Assembly: GCA_964534375.1 (NCBI GenBank) | Contig: CAZHPN010000027.1 | Location: forward strand, 1 to 44,747 | DNA length: 44,747 nt | Origin: an uncultured bacterium | GTDB taxonomy: Bacteria > Lernaellota > Lernaellaia > Lernaellales > Lernaellaceae | Reading direction: 5' to 3' | Part shown: one piece after another, positions 11,264 to 19,850 of the stretch | Layout: each line of letters starts with the position of its first letter | How positions within the stretch are numbered: position 1 is the stretch's first letter | The notes under the pieces: model-generated | The model's input: the letters and a program-made list of their open reading frames with translations, nothing else | What the model was told of the DNA's origin: nothing | Databases searched by the model: none | Position numbers and translations under genes: made by a program

Positions 11264-12217
11264 ATGAGGAGCCTTGTTCTAGTTATTGTTATCTTCCTGC
11301 TCTTGCTGCCCGCGGCGTTCGCCGTGGCGCAGGAGAGTCAGGATCTCGAGAAAGCCCCATCCGACGTGGCCCAGGGCCAGGTCGCGGAGCCGAAACCCAA
11401 AATCAACAACCTGCCGTTCAACATGTACGGATTGTCCGGATTGATGGTGACGACCGCCACGCGCACCTTGCGCCCGGGGTCGTTCGAGGTCGGTTTGGCC
11501 GGCTCGTGGGAACAAAGCACGCGTCCGGTTTATTACGACCGGGAAGTGGATTTTCTCGCGGCGGTCGGCATCCCCGGCGGATTGGAATTCGGTCTGAAGG
11601 CGCCGTACGTCATGACCGATCTCAAGTACGCGCTCGTCCGCAACTTCTACACCAACAAGGTGACCCCGACGTACTTGCAATCGGCCGCCAGCGGCCTCGG
11701 CTCGATCGAAGGCATGCTGAAATGGGGCTTCGTGCAGCAGCACCAGTTCCTGCCGGCGTTCGCGGTCGGCGTCGGCTTCATCGCGCCGGGCAGCGACTAC
11801 CAACAGGGCATCAGCCAAGTCAAAGTTTACGGCGCCAAGATCACCTTCGCGATGGGCCTTGAGTTGAACGACTTGGCCTTCACCGACTACGCCTTCGCCA
11901 TCCTCGCCGACGGCACGCTCGTGCTGCGCGATGTGGACGTGGACAGACACGCCTACGAAGAGAAACACGGCCTGGTGCACGGCGGCCTGATCTTCCCGCT
12001 GCATCCGCGCAATTTCCTGGAGTTGTTGATCGAATACGAAGGCCAGTTGCTGGCCGGCACAACCAATGACAAAGACATCAACTCGATCGTGGCCACGTTG
12101 CGGTTCGTCACCAACCACTTCAACGTGACGGCCGGCGCGCGGTACAACTTCAAACAGGACCCCGCGTTCGACAACAGCATCACCTACATTGCGAATTTTT
12201 CGTACACCTACTTCTAG
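11264..12217 (+). CDS. Exported protein, probable outer-membrane beta-barrel
   Basis: Signal peptide ending AFAVA, alternating beta-strand pattern, C-terminal FSYTYF with terminal Phe. Confidence 0.6.
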   Translation: MRSLVLVIVIFLLLLPAAFAVAQESQDLEKAPSDVAQGQVAEPKPKINNLPFNMYGLSGLMVTTATRTLRPGSFEVGLAGSWEQSTRPVYYDREVDFLAAVGIPGGLEFGLKAPYVMTDLKYALVRNFYTNKVTPTYLQSAASGLGSIEGMLKWGFVQQHQFLPAFAVGVGFIAPGSDYQQGISQVKVYGAKITFAMGLELNDLAFTDYAFAILADGTLVLRDVDVDRHAYEEKHGLVHGGLIFPLHPRNFLELLIEYEGQLLAGTTNDKDINSIVATLRFVTNHFNVTAGARYNFKQDPAFDNSITYIANFSYTYF

Positions 12218-12237
12218 GGAACGATCGATTAACTAGA

Positions 12238-12267
12238 AGAAAGGCCGCGCAACGCGCGGCCTTTTTT
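12238..12267. terminator. Probably bidirectional terminator between the OMP gene and fba
   Basis: aaaggccgcgc-aac-gcgcggcc followed by T6, between convergent genes. Confidence 0.88.
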
Positions 12268-12290
12268 GTTGCCTTTGCCGCCGGCCGGGA

Positions 12291-13262
12291 TCACGCCTTG
12301 CCGGCGCTGCCCAGCACGTTGATGTTCTTGTGCTTGATCAGCTTGATCAACTCGTCGCGCGCGGGACCGAGATACTTGCGCGGGTCGAACTCGGTCGGGT
12401 TCTTGCCGAGCACTTCCCGCACCTTGGCCGTCATCGCCAGCCGGCCGTCGGAGTCGATGTTGATCTTGCAGACCGCCGACTTGGCCGCGCGGCGCAGTTG
12501 ATCCTCGGGCACGCCGACCGCGTTTTCGAGTTTGCCGCCGTATTGGTTGATCAGCGCCACGTATTCCTGCACGACGCTGCTGGCCCCGTGCAGCACGATC
12601 GGGAAGCCCGGAATGCGCCGCTCGACTTCGGCCAGGATGTCGAAGCGCAACGGCGGTACTGACTCGCCCGGCTTCACCTTGAATTTGTATGCGCCGTGGC
12701 TGGTGCCGATCGAAATCGCCAGCGAGTCGACGCCGGTGGCTTTGACGAATTCCTCGACCTGCTCCGGGTCGGTGTAGTTCGACTTCTCGTGCTTCACCTC
12801 GTCTTCGATGCCCGCCAGCACGCCCAGTTCGCCTTCCACGGTCACGTACTGCGCGTGGGCGTACTCGACGACCTTGCGCGTCAACGCGACGTTGTCGGCG
12901 AACGTGTGGGCCGAGCCGTCGATCATCACCGAGGAAAAGCCGGTCTCGATGCAACTCTTGCACAGCTCGAACGTATCGCCGTGGTCGAGGTGCAGGACGA
13001 TCGGAATGTTGCTGCCCATGTCGCAGGCCATCCGCACCGCCCCCTGCGCCAGGTAGCGCAGCAGCGTCTGGTTGGCGTACTTCCGCGCCCCGCTGCTGAC
13101 CTGCACGATGACCGGCGAGCGGGTCTCGACGCAGCCGATGACGATCGCCTGCAATTGCTCCAGGTTGTTGAAGTTGTATGCCGGAATGGCGTAGCCGCCG
13201 GCCATCGCCTTCGCGAAGATCTCGCGGCTGTTGACCAGCCCCAGTTCTCTGTAAGAAACCAC
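12291..13262 (-). CDS. fba: Class II fructose-1,6-bisphosphate aldolase
   Basis: PAYNFNNLE, LHLDHG, SSVMIDGS, GTSHGAYK, VLHGASS, KINIDSD, FDPRKYL. Confidence 0.96.
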   Translation of the reverse strand: MVSYRELGLVNSREIFAKAMAGGYAIPAYNFNNLEQLQAIVIGCVETRSPVIVQVSSGARKYANQTLLRYLAQGAVRMACDMGSNIPIVLHLDHGDTFELCKSCIETGFSSVMIDGSAHTFADNVALTRKVVEYAHAQYVTVEGELGVLAGIEDEVKHEKSNYTDPEQVEEFVKATGVDSLAISIGTSHGAYKFKVKPGESVPPLRFDILAEVERRIPGFPIVLHGASSVVQEYVALINQYGGKLENAVGVPEDQLRRAAKSAVCKINIDSDGRLAMTAKVREVLGKNPTEFDPRKYLGPARDELIKLIKHKNINVLGSAGKA

Positions 13263-13354
13263 GGACGCGTCTCCTTCGCTTCGTTATTGCGCGGCCGACT
13301 GTGCCGCCGATCGACCTTTTTGTCAAAGGCGCGCGCTGCATAGTGGTCGGTTGG

Positions 13355-13639
13355 CGGGATTCGGGGTTCGGGATTCGGGGTTCGGGACTCGGGAGTCGGG
13401 ATTTCGGACTCGGGACTCGGGACTCGGGACTCGGGATTCGGGATTCGGGACCGGGGACTGGGGATTGGGGTTCGGAAACGGATGGCTGATCACCGGCCAC
13501 TGGCCACTGGCCACGGCTTCCGGGATTCGGGATTCGGGATTCGGAGTTCGGCGTTCGGGGCTCGGGGCTCGGGCCGCCGGCTACCGGCAACTGGCTGCCG
13601 GCAGATGACGCCTGTTCGCTGTTCACTGTTCACTGTTCG
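13355..13639. repeat. Mosaic array of heptamer tandem repeats (CGGGAYT, CACTGGC, CCGGCWR, CTGTTCR)
   Basis: About 18 CGGGAYT-like units 13355-13480, CACTGGC 13491-13518, 8 CGGGATT-like 13521-13576, CCGGCWR-like 13577-13604, 4 CTGTTCR 13612-13639. Confidence 0.95.
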
Positions 13640-14529
13640 CGGTCCGCGTCCAGCCTTGTCAGGCCCGCCTCTTTCGCGAGGGCGACGGCCTGGTCGATTT
13701 CGACCATTGTCGGCCGGCGCGAGAGCTGGTCGAACTGGTAAGCGTGAAAGCAGGGGCGGTATTGGCCCATGATGTTGACGTAGGTGCGCGGGCTGATTTC
13801 GGCGGCGAGGAAGTTCATGACCTCGGCCGTGCCGGCGAGGCCGAACGGCAGCACCAGGTGCCGCACGAGCAGGCCGCGACGCGCAATGCCGCGCGCGTCG
13901 ATTTCCAGATCGCCGACCTGGCGGTGCATTTCCTTCAACGCCGCGCGGGCGACCTGCGGGTAATCCGGCGCCTGGGCGAAGCGGTCGGCGACGCCGGCGT
14001 CGTTGAATTTGACGTCGGGCATGTAGATGTCGGCCACGCCGTCGAACAAGGCGAGCGTTTCGGCCGAGTCATAGCCGCCGGTGTTGTAGACCACGGGCAG
14101 GTTGAAGCCGTTTTCCAGCGCCAGCGCCAGCGCGCTGAGAATCTGCGGCGCGACGTGCGACGGCGTCACCAGGTTGAGGTTGTGGCAGCCATATTTGGCC
14201 AGGGCCAGGAACATGTTCGCCAGTTCCTCGTCGCGCACCGCGCGGCCCTTCATGCCGTGGCTGATGTCTTCGTTCTGGCAGAACACGCAACCGAGATTGC
14301 AGCCCGCGAAAAAGAGCGCGCCCGAGCCTTCGCGCCCGACCAACGGCCGTTCCTCGCCGAAGTGCGGGCCGAAGCTCGACACCAGCGAGTAACGCCCCGT
14401 GCGGCAGTAGCCTTCCTTGTTCGCCAGGCGATTGGCCCGGCAGTCGCGCGGGCACATATCGCAGGCCTCAAGACGTTCCAACGCCAAGGCGGCGCGTTTC
14501 TTCATTTCGTCAAGGTTTAGCGTCGGCAT
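13630..14529 (-). CDS. Radical SAM protein, PflX-like putative pyruvate formate-lyase activating enzyme family
   Basis: CDMCPRDC, PHFGEE, FAGCNLGCVFCQN, NLVTPSH, YMPDVK, VRHLVLP, NIMGQYRP; upstream extension of the listed ORF is translated repeat, so start set at MPTL. Confidence 0.88.
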   Translation of the reverse strand: MPTLNLDEMKKRAALALERLEACDMCPRDCRANRLANKEGYCRTGRYSLVSSFGPHFGEERPLVGREGSGALFFAGCNLGCVFCQNEDISHGMKGRAVRDEELANMFLALAKYGCHNLNLVTPSHVAPQILSALALALENGFNLPVVYNTGGYDSAETLALFDGVADIYMPDVKFNDAGVADRFAQAPDYPQVARAALKEMHRQVGDLEIDARGIARRGLLVRHLVLPFGLAGTAEVMNFLAAEISPRTYVNIMGQYRPCFHAYQFDQLSRRPTMVEIDQAVALAKEAGLTRLDADREQ

Positions 14530-14604
14530 CGGCGTTTTCCTTCGGCGGCTGCATGACAGGATACCGCAGCGGGCGACGGGTCGCCAGGGGTTGGGGACGG
14601 GGAG

Positions 14605-14689
14605 CGGGACTCGGGATTCGGGATTCGGGATTCGGGATGAGCGAGGCGGGCGCCGGCAATCCGCAATCCGCAATCCGCAATCAAAAATC
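14605..14689. repeat. Heptamer repeats CGGGAYT (~5) and GCAATCC (~4)
   Basis: cgggact cgggatt cgggatt... then gcaatcc gcaatcc gcaatcc gcaatca. Confidence 0.9.
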
Positions 14690-14813
14690 GTTTTCTTCGG
14701 CCCGGCTGGCCGCAAATGCTGGAGCACCGCCAAGTTTTCTTCTGGTGGCCGGTTGCCAAGCTTTTTGCCCGGCTGCTAGTATCGTCGGGAATTTCCCGGA
14801 AGGAGGTCGGCCC

Positions 14814-15743
14814 GTGCGCTGGCGGCACGCGATGATTGCCCTGTGTCTGTTCGTGACGGCGGGCGCCGCGGCGGCGGCCGAGAACGGCGTCGAGGTCTGG
14901 CGGGCGCCCGACGGCGCGACGTTGTGGCGGTATCGCGAGGCCGGCGTCGTGCGCTGGGAAATCGCCGATGTAGACGGCGACGGCCGGCCGGACATCGCCA
15001 TCTTTCGCTGCGGCGAAAGGTACACGCGCGTCGAGATCGACACGACCGGCGGCCCGGCGTCGGACCGCATCTACTTGTTCAATCCGGATGGCACAAGCGT
15101 CGGTTATCTCGACGAACACGGCGACGGCGTGCTCGAAAAGCCGGCCGGCGCGAAGAACGAACGCGAGCAAAAACTGCACGAGGTCGGCCGCGGCGGGCAG
15201 ATTTTCAAGAAAGCGCTCGACCTGCGCTATCGCGCCGACGCCGGGCTGTTGACGGCGGTGGATGCGCCGGCCCCGACCGCTTGGCCGCCGTTTGCGCGCC
15301 CCACCGGCGTCGAGGTTCCGCTCAACGTGCGGCTGACGCTGATTCCCGGCGGCCCGACCAAGATGCTGGAGCGGCAGGACAATCCGGGCGACATGGCCTC
15401 GTTCGACCTGAAGGCGCGCGTCGGCGAAGGGAAGACGTTCTCCGGCTTGAACGTGCACGTGCGGCCCGACGTTGCCGACGAGCGCCGGACCATCCCCGGG
15501 AAGTTGTCGGTCGATCTGTATCCGGTCTGGACGTTGGAGCCGATGGCCGAGGGCCCAAGCGAGAAGGTCATGGTGCTGCAGCTCACGGGCCACTTGACCG
15601 CGCCGGGCGTCTACGACGAACTGTTCTTTTTCACCGCGCCGCTGACCGGCAATCGCCCGGCGACGCTCAACGTGCCGATGCACGACCGCGCCGGAAGGCA
15701 GACGTCGTCGATGTTGATCGAGGTGCGCCGAGAGGAATCTTAA
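14814..15743 (+). CDS. Secreted hypothetical protein with Dx(D/N)xDG calcium-binding-like motifs
   Basis: AGGAGG RBS then GTG; signal peptide ending AAAAA-EN; DVDGDGRPD and DEHGDGVLE. Confidence 0.7.
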   Translation: MRWRHAMIALCLFVTAGAAAAAENGVEVWRAPDGATLWRYREAGVVRWEIADVDGDGRPDIAIFRCGERYTRVEIDTTGGPASDRIYLFNPDGTSVGYLDEHGDGVLEKPAGAKNEREQKLHEVGRGGQIFKKALDLRYRADAGLLTAVDAPAPTAWPPFARPTGVEVPLNVRLTLIPGGPTKMLERQDNPGDMASFDLKARVGEGKTFSGLNVHVRPDVADERRTIPGKLSVDLYPVWTLEPMAEGPSEKVMVLQLTGHLTAPGVYDELFFFTAPLTGNRPATLNVPMHDRAGRQTSSMLIEVRREES

Positions 15744-15783
15744 ACACAGAGGCCACAGAGAGAAGACACAGAGGACACAGAGA
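15743..15783. repeat. ACACAGAGG-type ~9-nt repeat
   Basis: aacacagaggccacagagagaagacacagaggacacagaga. Confidence 0.75.
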
Positions 15784-15888
15784 ATTTAGGAACCAAACTG
15801 CCGTCGTGGAGACTGTCGACAAATTACGTTTTCGCCCGCCGACCACCGATAGCTGAGAACTTAGAGTTTTTTGGGGGAGCGCGAACCG

Positions 15889-16022
15889 GAATGTTGAATG
15901 TTGAATGTTGAATGGAGAATTTCGGGCGGCGCCGGATGCGCTTAAGTTAGCGCGTATGGGGACGAGCCTGTTGTTGGCGGCCCGAATCCCGAGTCCCGAA
16001 TCCCGAGTCCCGCGTCCCGATT
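15889..16022. repeat. Heptamer repeats GAATGTT (x3-4) and CCCGART (x6)
   Basis: gaatgtt x3 plus gaatgga at 15889-15916; cccgaat cccgagt cccgaat cccgagt cccgcgt cccgatt at 15981-16022. Confidence 0.9.
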
Positions 16023-16033
16023 ACAGCCCGCCC

Positions 16034-16732
16034 TCACACCCCGCGCAGCACGACTTCCTTGACAAACGGTTCGGCGCGGAGCGCCAGGGCGCGGATTTTT
16101 TCCGGCGCGAGCGGCCGGCGGCGGCCGAATTCGGGGTCGAGCACACCGTGGCCTTGATATTGTTGAAAGGCCCAGCGGCGCGCGCCCTGAATCAACCGGC
16201 CCATCTCGTCGATCGCCGCCTCGTCGACGAGTCCGGGCGCGACGGTCGTGCGGAATTCGTAGTCGACGCCGCTCTCGCGAATCAAGCGGATCGACTCCTC
16301 GAGATGATTGACGTTGACCAGCCGGTTGGCCGCCTCGCTGTAGCGCGACAGCGAGGTTTTCAAATCCATCGCCACGTACGCGGCGGCCTTTCGCTCCAGA
16401 ACCTGGCGCAGCCGATCGGGATGGTGTCCGTTGGTGTCGAGCTTGACCGGGACGCCGGTTTCGTCACCGAGGCGAACCAGAAAGTCCGGGGTATCCGGTT
16501 GCAGCAGCGGCTCCCCGCCGGTGACCACGACGCCGTCGATCAGTTTGCGGCGCTCGTAAAGGCGCGCCAACGTTTCGTCCGCCGTGAACGACGGGGCGTC
16601 CGCGGGCGGATTGACCAGGTCGGGATTTTGGCAAAACGGACACCGGAAATCGCAGTGCGCCAAGAAAATCACCGAGGCGATGCGGCCCGGAAAGTCGATC
16701 AGCGACAGGCCCTGAATGCCGGCGATGTGCAA
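16034..16732 (-). CDS. nrdG: Anaerobic ribonucleoside-triphosphate reductase activating radical SAM enzyme
   Basis: SLIDFPG, CDFRCPFCQN, VVTGGEP, KLDTNG, AMDLK, YEFRTT; TTG start at 16732 after AAAGGA; follows nrdD. Confidence 0.92.
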   Translation of the reverse strand: MHIAGIQGLSLIDFPGRIASVIFLAHCDFRCPFCQNPDLVNPPADAPSFTADETLARLYERRKLIDGVVVTGGEPLLQPDTPDFLVRLGDETGVPVKLDTNGHHPDRLRQVLERKAAAYVAMDLKTSLSRYSEAANRLVNVNHLEESIRLIRESGVDYEFRTTVAPGLVDEAAIDEMGRLIQGARRWAFQQYQGHGVLDPEFGRRRPLAPEKIRALALRAEPFVKEVVLRGV

Positions 16733-16800
16733 GGCACGTCCTTTGCGGCCGACTCGCGGCGTCGCGAGCGACCCTGCGGCTCCTTCGGACATGGCGCGGC

Positions 16801-17010
16801 CTAAAGGCCCGGCGGGACCGCCGCGAGCGAGGCGAGCGTCGCGGTCGCGGCAGCCGTGGTGGTCGCCGTCGCGGCGGGGAAGAGCTTGCCTGCGAGCTTG
16901 AACGGCACGCGATCCGCGTATTCTGCCTGCTTACCCTTGTTCCACTGTTGCACGGGCCGGTAGTAGCCGACCACGCGGCTGTAGACTTCGGTTTTGTGCT
17001 TGCAACTCAT
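16801..17010 (-). CDS. nrdD: Stand-alone C-terminal glycyl-radical segment of class III RNR (split NrdD, small subunit)
   Basis: MSCKHKTEVYSRVVGYYRPVQQWNKGKQAEYADR matches the NrdD radical loop (RVVGY); own purine-rich RBS GGAGAGAGGGGAG. Confidence 0.9.
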   Translation of the reverse strand: MSCKHKTEVYSRVVGYYRPVQQWNKGKQAEYADRVPFKLAGKLFPAATATTTAAATATLASLAAVPPGL

Positions 17011-17037
17011 CGTCTGTCTCCCCTCTCTCCAACCATT

Positions 17038-17064
17038 CGTTGCCGTCGTTGCCGTCGTTGCCGT
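17038..17064. repeat. Perfect 9-nt tandem repeat CGTTGCCGT x3
   Basis: Read directly in the spacer between the two nrdD parts. Confidence 0.85.
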
Positions 17065-17154
17065 GAATACGCCCCCCCGAGCGCGGCGAACCGCGGAACC
17101 CCCGCATTCACATCCGTTCGCTTCCTGCTATCCGGCAGGCAGATCCAAGGCCCT

Positions 17155-19128
17155 TCAGTAAGGGCATTCGAAGTGCTCGCCGGGAATATACCCGTGTTCC
17201 GGACAAATCGTAAACGTCGGCGTGATCGAATAGTACGGCAGATGGTAGTTCTCGGCGATGCGCCGCACCAGCTTCTTCACCGCCTCGATGTCGTCGATCT
17301 TCTCGCCGATAAATCCGTGCAACACCGTACCGCCGGTGTACAGCGTCTGCAAGGCGTCCTGGTGCTCCAGCGCCTCGAATAGGTCGTCCGTAAAGTTGAC
17401 CGGCAGACCCGTGCTGTTGGTGTAGTACGGTTCTTCTTTTCCCTGGTGGAAGATGTCCGGGTGACGTTCTTTATCGATTTTCGCCAGGCGATAGGTCGTG
17501 CCTTCGCCGGGCGTCGCTTCGAGATTGAACAGCGTCGCGCCGCCGGTTTCCGCCTGGAAGCGCAACAGGTTGTCGTTCATGCGCTTCAAAGTGCGGATCG
17601 CCAGATCCTTGGCCGCCGGGTCCGTGATGTCCTTGCCCAGGAAATTGACCAGGGCCTCGTTCATGCCGATCAGGCCGATGGTCGAGAAATGGTTCGACCA
17701 ATACGAATTCAGGCGTTCCTTCACTCCGGTCAGGTAGTGGCGCGTGTACGGGTAGAGCCGGTCTTCCGTGAAGCGCTCCAGCACCTTGCGCTTGGTCTCC
17801 AGGCTATCGCGCGCCTTCTCCATCAAATAGTCGATGCGGCCGAACCACTCGCTTTCGCTGTCGGCGATGTAGCCGACGCGCGGCAGATTGAGCGTGACGA
17901 CGCCGATCGAGCCGGTCTGCGGGTGCGCGCCGAACAGGCCGCCGCCGCGCATGTGCAGCAGGCGTTCGTCGAGCCGGAGGCGGCAGCACATCGACCGCGC
18001 GTCTTCCGGCTTCATTTCGGAGTTGACGAAATTGGCGAAGTACGGGATGCCGTAGCGGCCGGTCATGCGCCACAAGGCGTCGAGGTTGGCGTTGTCCCAG
18101 TTGAACGTCTTGTGGATGTTGTAGGTCGGGATTGGGAAGGTGAAGATGCGGCCCTTGGAGTCGCCGGCCATCATCACTTCGCAGAAGGCGCGATTGATCA
18201 TGTCCATTTCGCGCTGAAAAGCGCCGTACTTGTCGTTCGTGAGCACGCCGCCGAAGACCACGGCCTCGTCCTTCATGTTCTCCGGGCAGACCAGGTCGAA
18301 AGTCAGGTTGGTGAACGGCGTCTGGAAACCGACGCGCGTCGGCACGTTCAGATTGAAAACGAATTCCTGCATGCACTGGCGGACCTGTTTGTAATCCAGG
18401 TCGTCGTAGTGCACGTACGGCGCGAGCAAGGTGTCGAAATTGGCGAAGGCCTGCGCGCCGGCGCTTTCGCCCTGCAGCGTGTAGAAGAAATTGACGACCT
18501 GGCCGAACGCCGTGCGCAGGTGGCGCGGCGGCGCTGATTCGACCTTGCCGTAGACGCCGCCGAAGCCGCGGGTCAGGAGGTCTTGCAGATCCCAGCCGCA
18601 GCAATAGGCGGAAATCTGCCCGAGGTCGTGGATGTGGAAATCGCCGCCGTTGTGCAGTTCGCCGACTTCCTTGCTATAGATTTTTTGCAGCCAGTACGCT
18701 TGGCTGATCGTGGCGCTGATGTGGTTGTTGAGACCCTGCAGCGAAAAGCTCATATTCGAGTTTTCGTTAATGCGCCAGTCGTTCTTTTCGAGATAGGCGT
18801 CGATCATCTTCACCGCGTCTTCGATCAACTTGTGCGCATCGCGCATCTGCGCGTGCTCGTTGCGGTAGATGATGTAGCGCTTGGCGATGTCCGGCAGGTT
18901 GTTGTGGACCAGCCGATTTTCGACGAGGTCCTGCACGTTCTCGACGGTCGGCGGGCGGCCGTCTTTGTAGAGCGCCTCGAGCACGCCGACGACCTCGTCG
19001 GCGATGCGCTCGGCCGTCGCGCGATCGTGGCTGCCCGCGGCCTCGAAGGCTTTGTAAATCGCGTTGGCGATCTTCTGTCGATCGAAAGGAACCACGCGAT
19101 TGTTGCGTTTAATGATGGACCGAATCAT
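17155..19128 (-). CDS. nrdD: Class III anaerobic ribonucleoside-triphosphate reductase, catalytic barrel with N-terminal ATP cone, lacking glycyl-radical loop
   Basis: IIKRNNRVVPFD ATP cone, DWRINENSN, HIHDL, AYCCGW, SMCCRL, NLEATPGEG, YTGGTVLH; ends CPEHGYIPGEHFECPY-stop. Confidence 0.95.
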   Translation of the reverse strand: MIRSIIKRNNRVVPFDRQKIANAIYKAFEAAGSHDRATAERIADEVVGVLEALYKDGRPPTVENVQDLVENRLVHNNLPDIAKRYIIYRNEHAQMRDAHKLIEDAVKMIDAYLEKNDWRINENSNMSFSLQGLNNHISATISQAYWLQKIYSKEVGELHNGGDFHIHDLGQISAYCCGWDLQDLLTRGFGGVYGKVESAPPRHLRTAFGQVVNFFYTLQGESAGAQAFANFDTLLAPYVHYDDLDYKQVRQCMQEFVFNLNVPTRVGFQTPFTNLTFDLVCPENMKDEAVVFGGVLTNDKYGAFQREMDMINRAFCEVMMAGDSKGRIFTFPIPTYNIHKTFNWDNANLDALWRMTGRYGIPYFANFVNSEMKPEDARSMCCRLRLDERLLHMRGGGLFGAHPQTGSIGVVTLNLPRVGYIADSESEWFGRIDYLMEKARDSLETKRKVLERFTEDRLYPYTRHYLTGVKERLNSYWSNHFSTIGLIGMNEALVNFLGKDITDPAAKDLAIRTLKRMNDNLLRFQAETGGATLFNLEATPGEGTTYRLAKIDKERHPDIFHQGKEEPYYTNSTGLPVNFTDDLFEALEHQDALQTLYTGGTVLHGFIGEKIDDIEAVKKLVRRIAENYHLPYYSITPTFTICPEHGYIPGEHFECPY

Positions 19129-19399
19129 CTAGGAGCCCTCCCGAGCTCGCTAAAACACAAACCTAACAAGAGTCGGCGGAGAATCGCGTTTGCGGTGAGT
19201 GCCTGGTTCGTGTTGGGACGATGCCAATCTCGAACTGCTCTTCTTTTCATTCCGTCACGTCCACCCGCTCGGAGCCACCTTCTTCGTTCGACAAAATCGA
19301 ATCTCCAGGACTCTAACACGTCACTTGAAGATTCATCGTCCAGGGCTTTGAAAACAAAGCACAATCAATTTGTCGAAAGAGTGACCCAGGCAGGTAAGG

Positions 19400-19429
19400 A
19401 ATATAGATTATCGGCGTCGGAACTGTCAA
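19400..19429 (-). promoter_or_regulatory. Sigma70-type promoter for nrdD operon
   Basis: TTGACA (19429-19424), N18, TATATT (19405-19400). Confidence 0.65.
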
Positions 19430-19435
19430 CGAGAA

Positions 19436-19482
19436 AATCTACATCTAGTGCACTTTTTTTTGCGCCCCCCAACGTATGGGCG
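19436..19482. promoter_or_regulatory. Tandem NrdR boxes
   Basis: aatctacatctagtgc (19436-19451) fits consensus acaCwAtATaTwGtgt; weaker ccccaacgtatgggcg (19467-19482) is offset by 31 bp; immediately upstream of the nrdD -35. Confidence 0.75.
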
Positions 19483-19850
19483 TTTGGAGAACAAGTCTCA
19501 ACCGTTCGAAAACCAGCATGTTTCTGTTGTGTTAGATCGAAAAAACGGCCGGCAGAAACGCCGTGCACGATTGTACCGTTCAAAGTTGGATGAAAAAACC
19601 GCGCCCGCGACGCCGGTGGCGGACCGTCTTGGCTTCGCTGGAAGCCGCGGCGCGCCTGCTCCCGCGCCCGGACCGACCGACCGATCGCCGCACTTTTTGA
19701 ATTTCTTGGAGAATCGGGCCTCGCGTGGCGCCGAATCGCGCGTCGCAGCCGGCCAATGGTCGGCGGCGGCGGCAAATATCACAATTGCGCGAAACTCTCC
19801 GGCGGCAGCGGCGGCCGGCCGCCGCGAAATATCATCAATCGGCCGCCTGC

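Noticed and set aside
12229..13626. 465-aa minus-strand ORF with PSPESR/IPNPESR repeats
   Set aside because: Translation of heptamer arrays joined to an alternative frame of fba; not a credible protein
13355..13639. Possible CRISPR array
   Set aside because: Contiguous 7-nt units with no unique spacers and no cas genes in the window
14530..14733. N-terminal extension of the PflX-like ORF (CGLRIADC, RIPNPESR)
   Set aside because: Derived from GCAATCC and CGGGATT repeats; family similarity starts near MPTL
17011..17157. T4 gene 60-style ribosomal bypass or self-splicing intron joining the nrdD parts
   Set aside because: No in-frame Tyr landing codon matching the take-off UAC; 144 nt is too short for a group I/II intron; the small ORF has its own RBS
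19129..19395. Cobalamin riboswitch or the 79-aa ORF in the nrdD leader
   Set aside because: No recognisable cobalamin core motifs by eye; the ORF lacks an RBS and protein-like features. An Rfam scan is still needed
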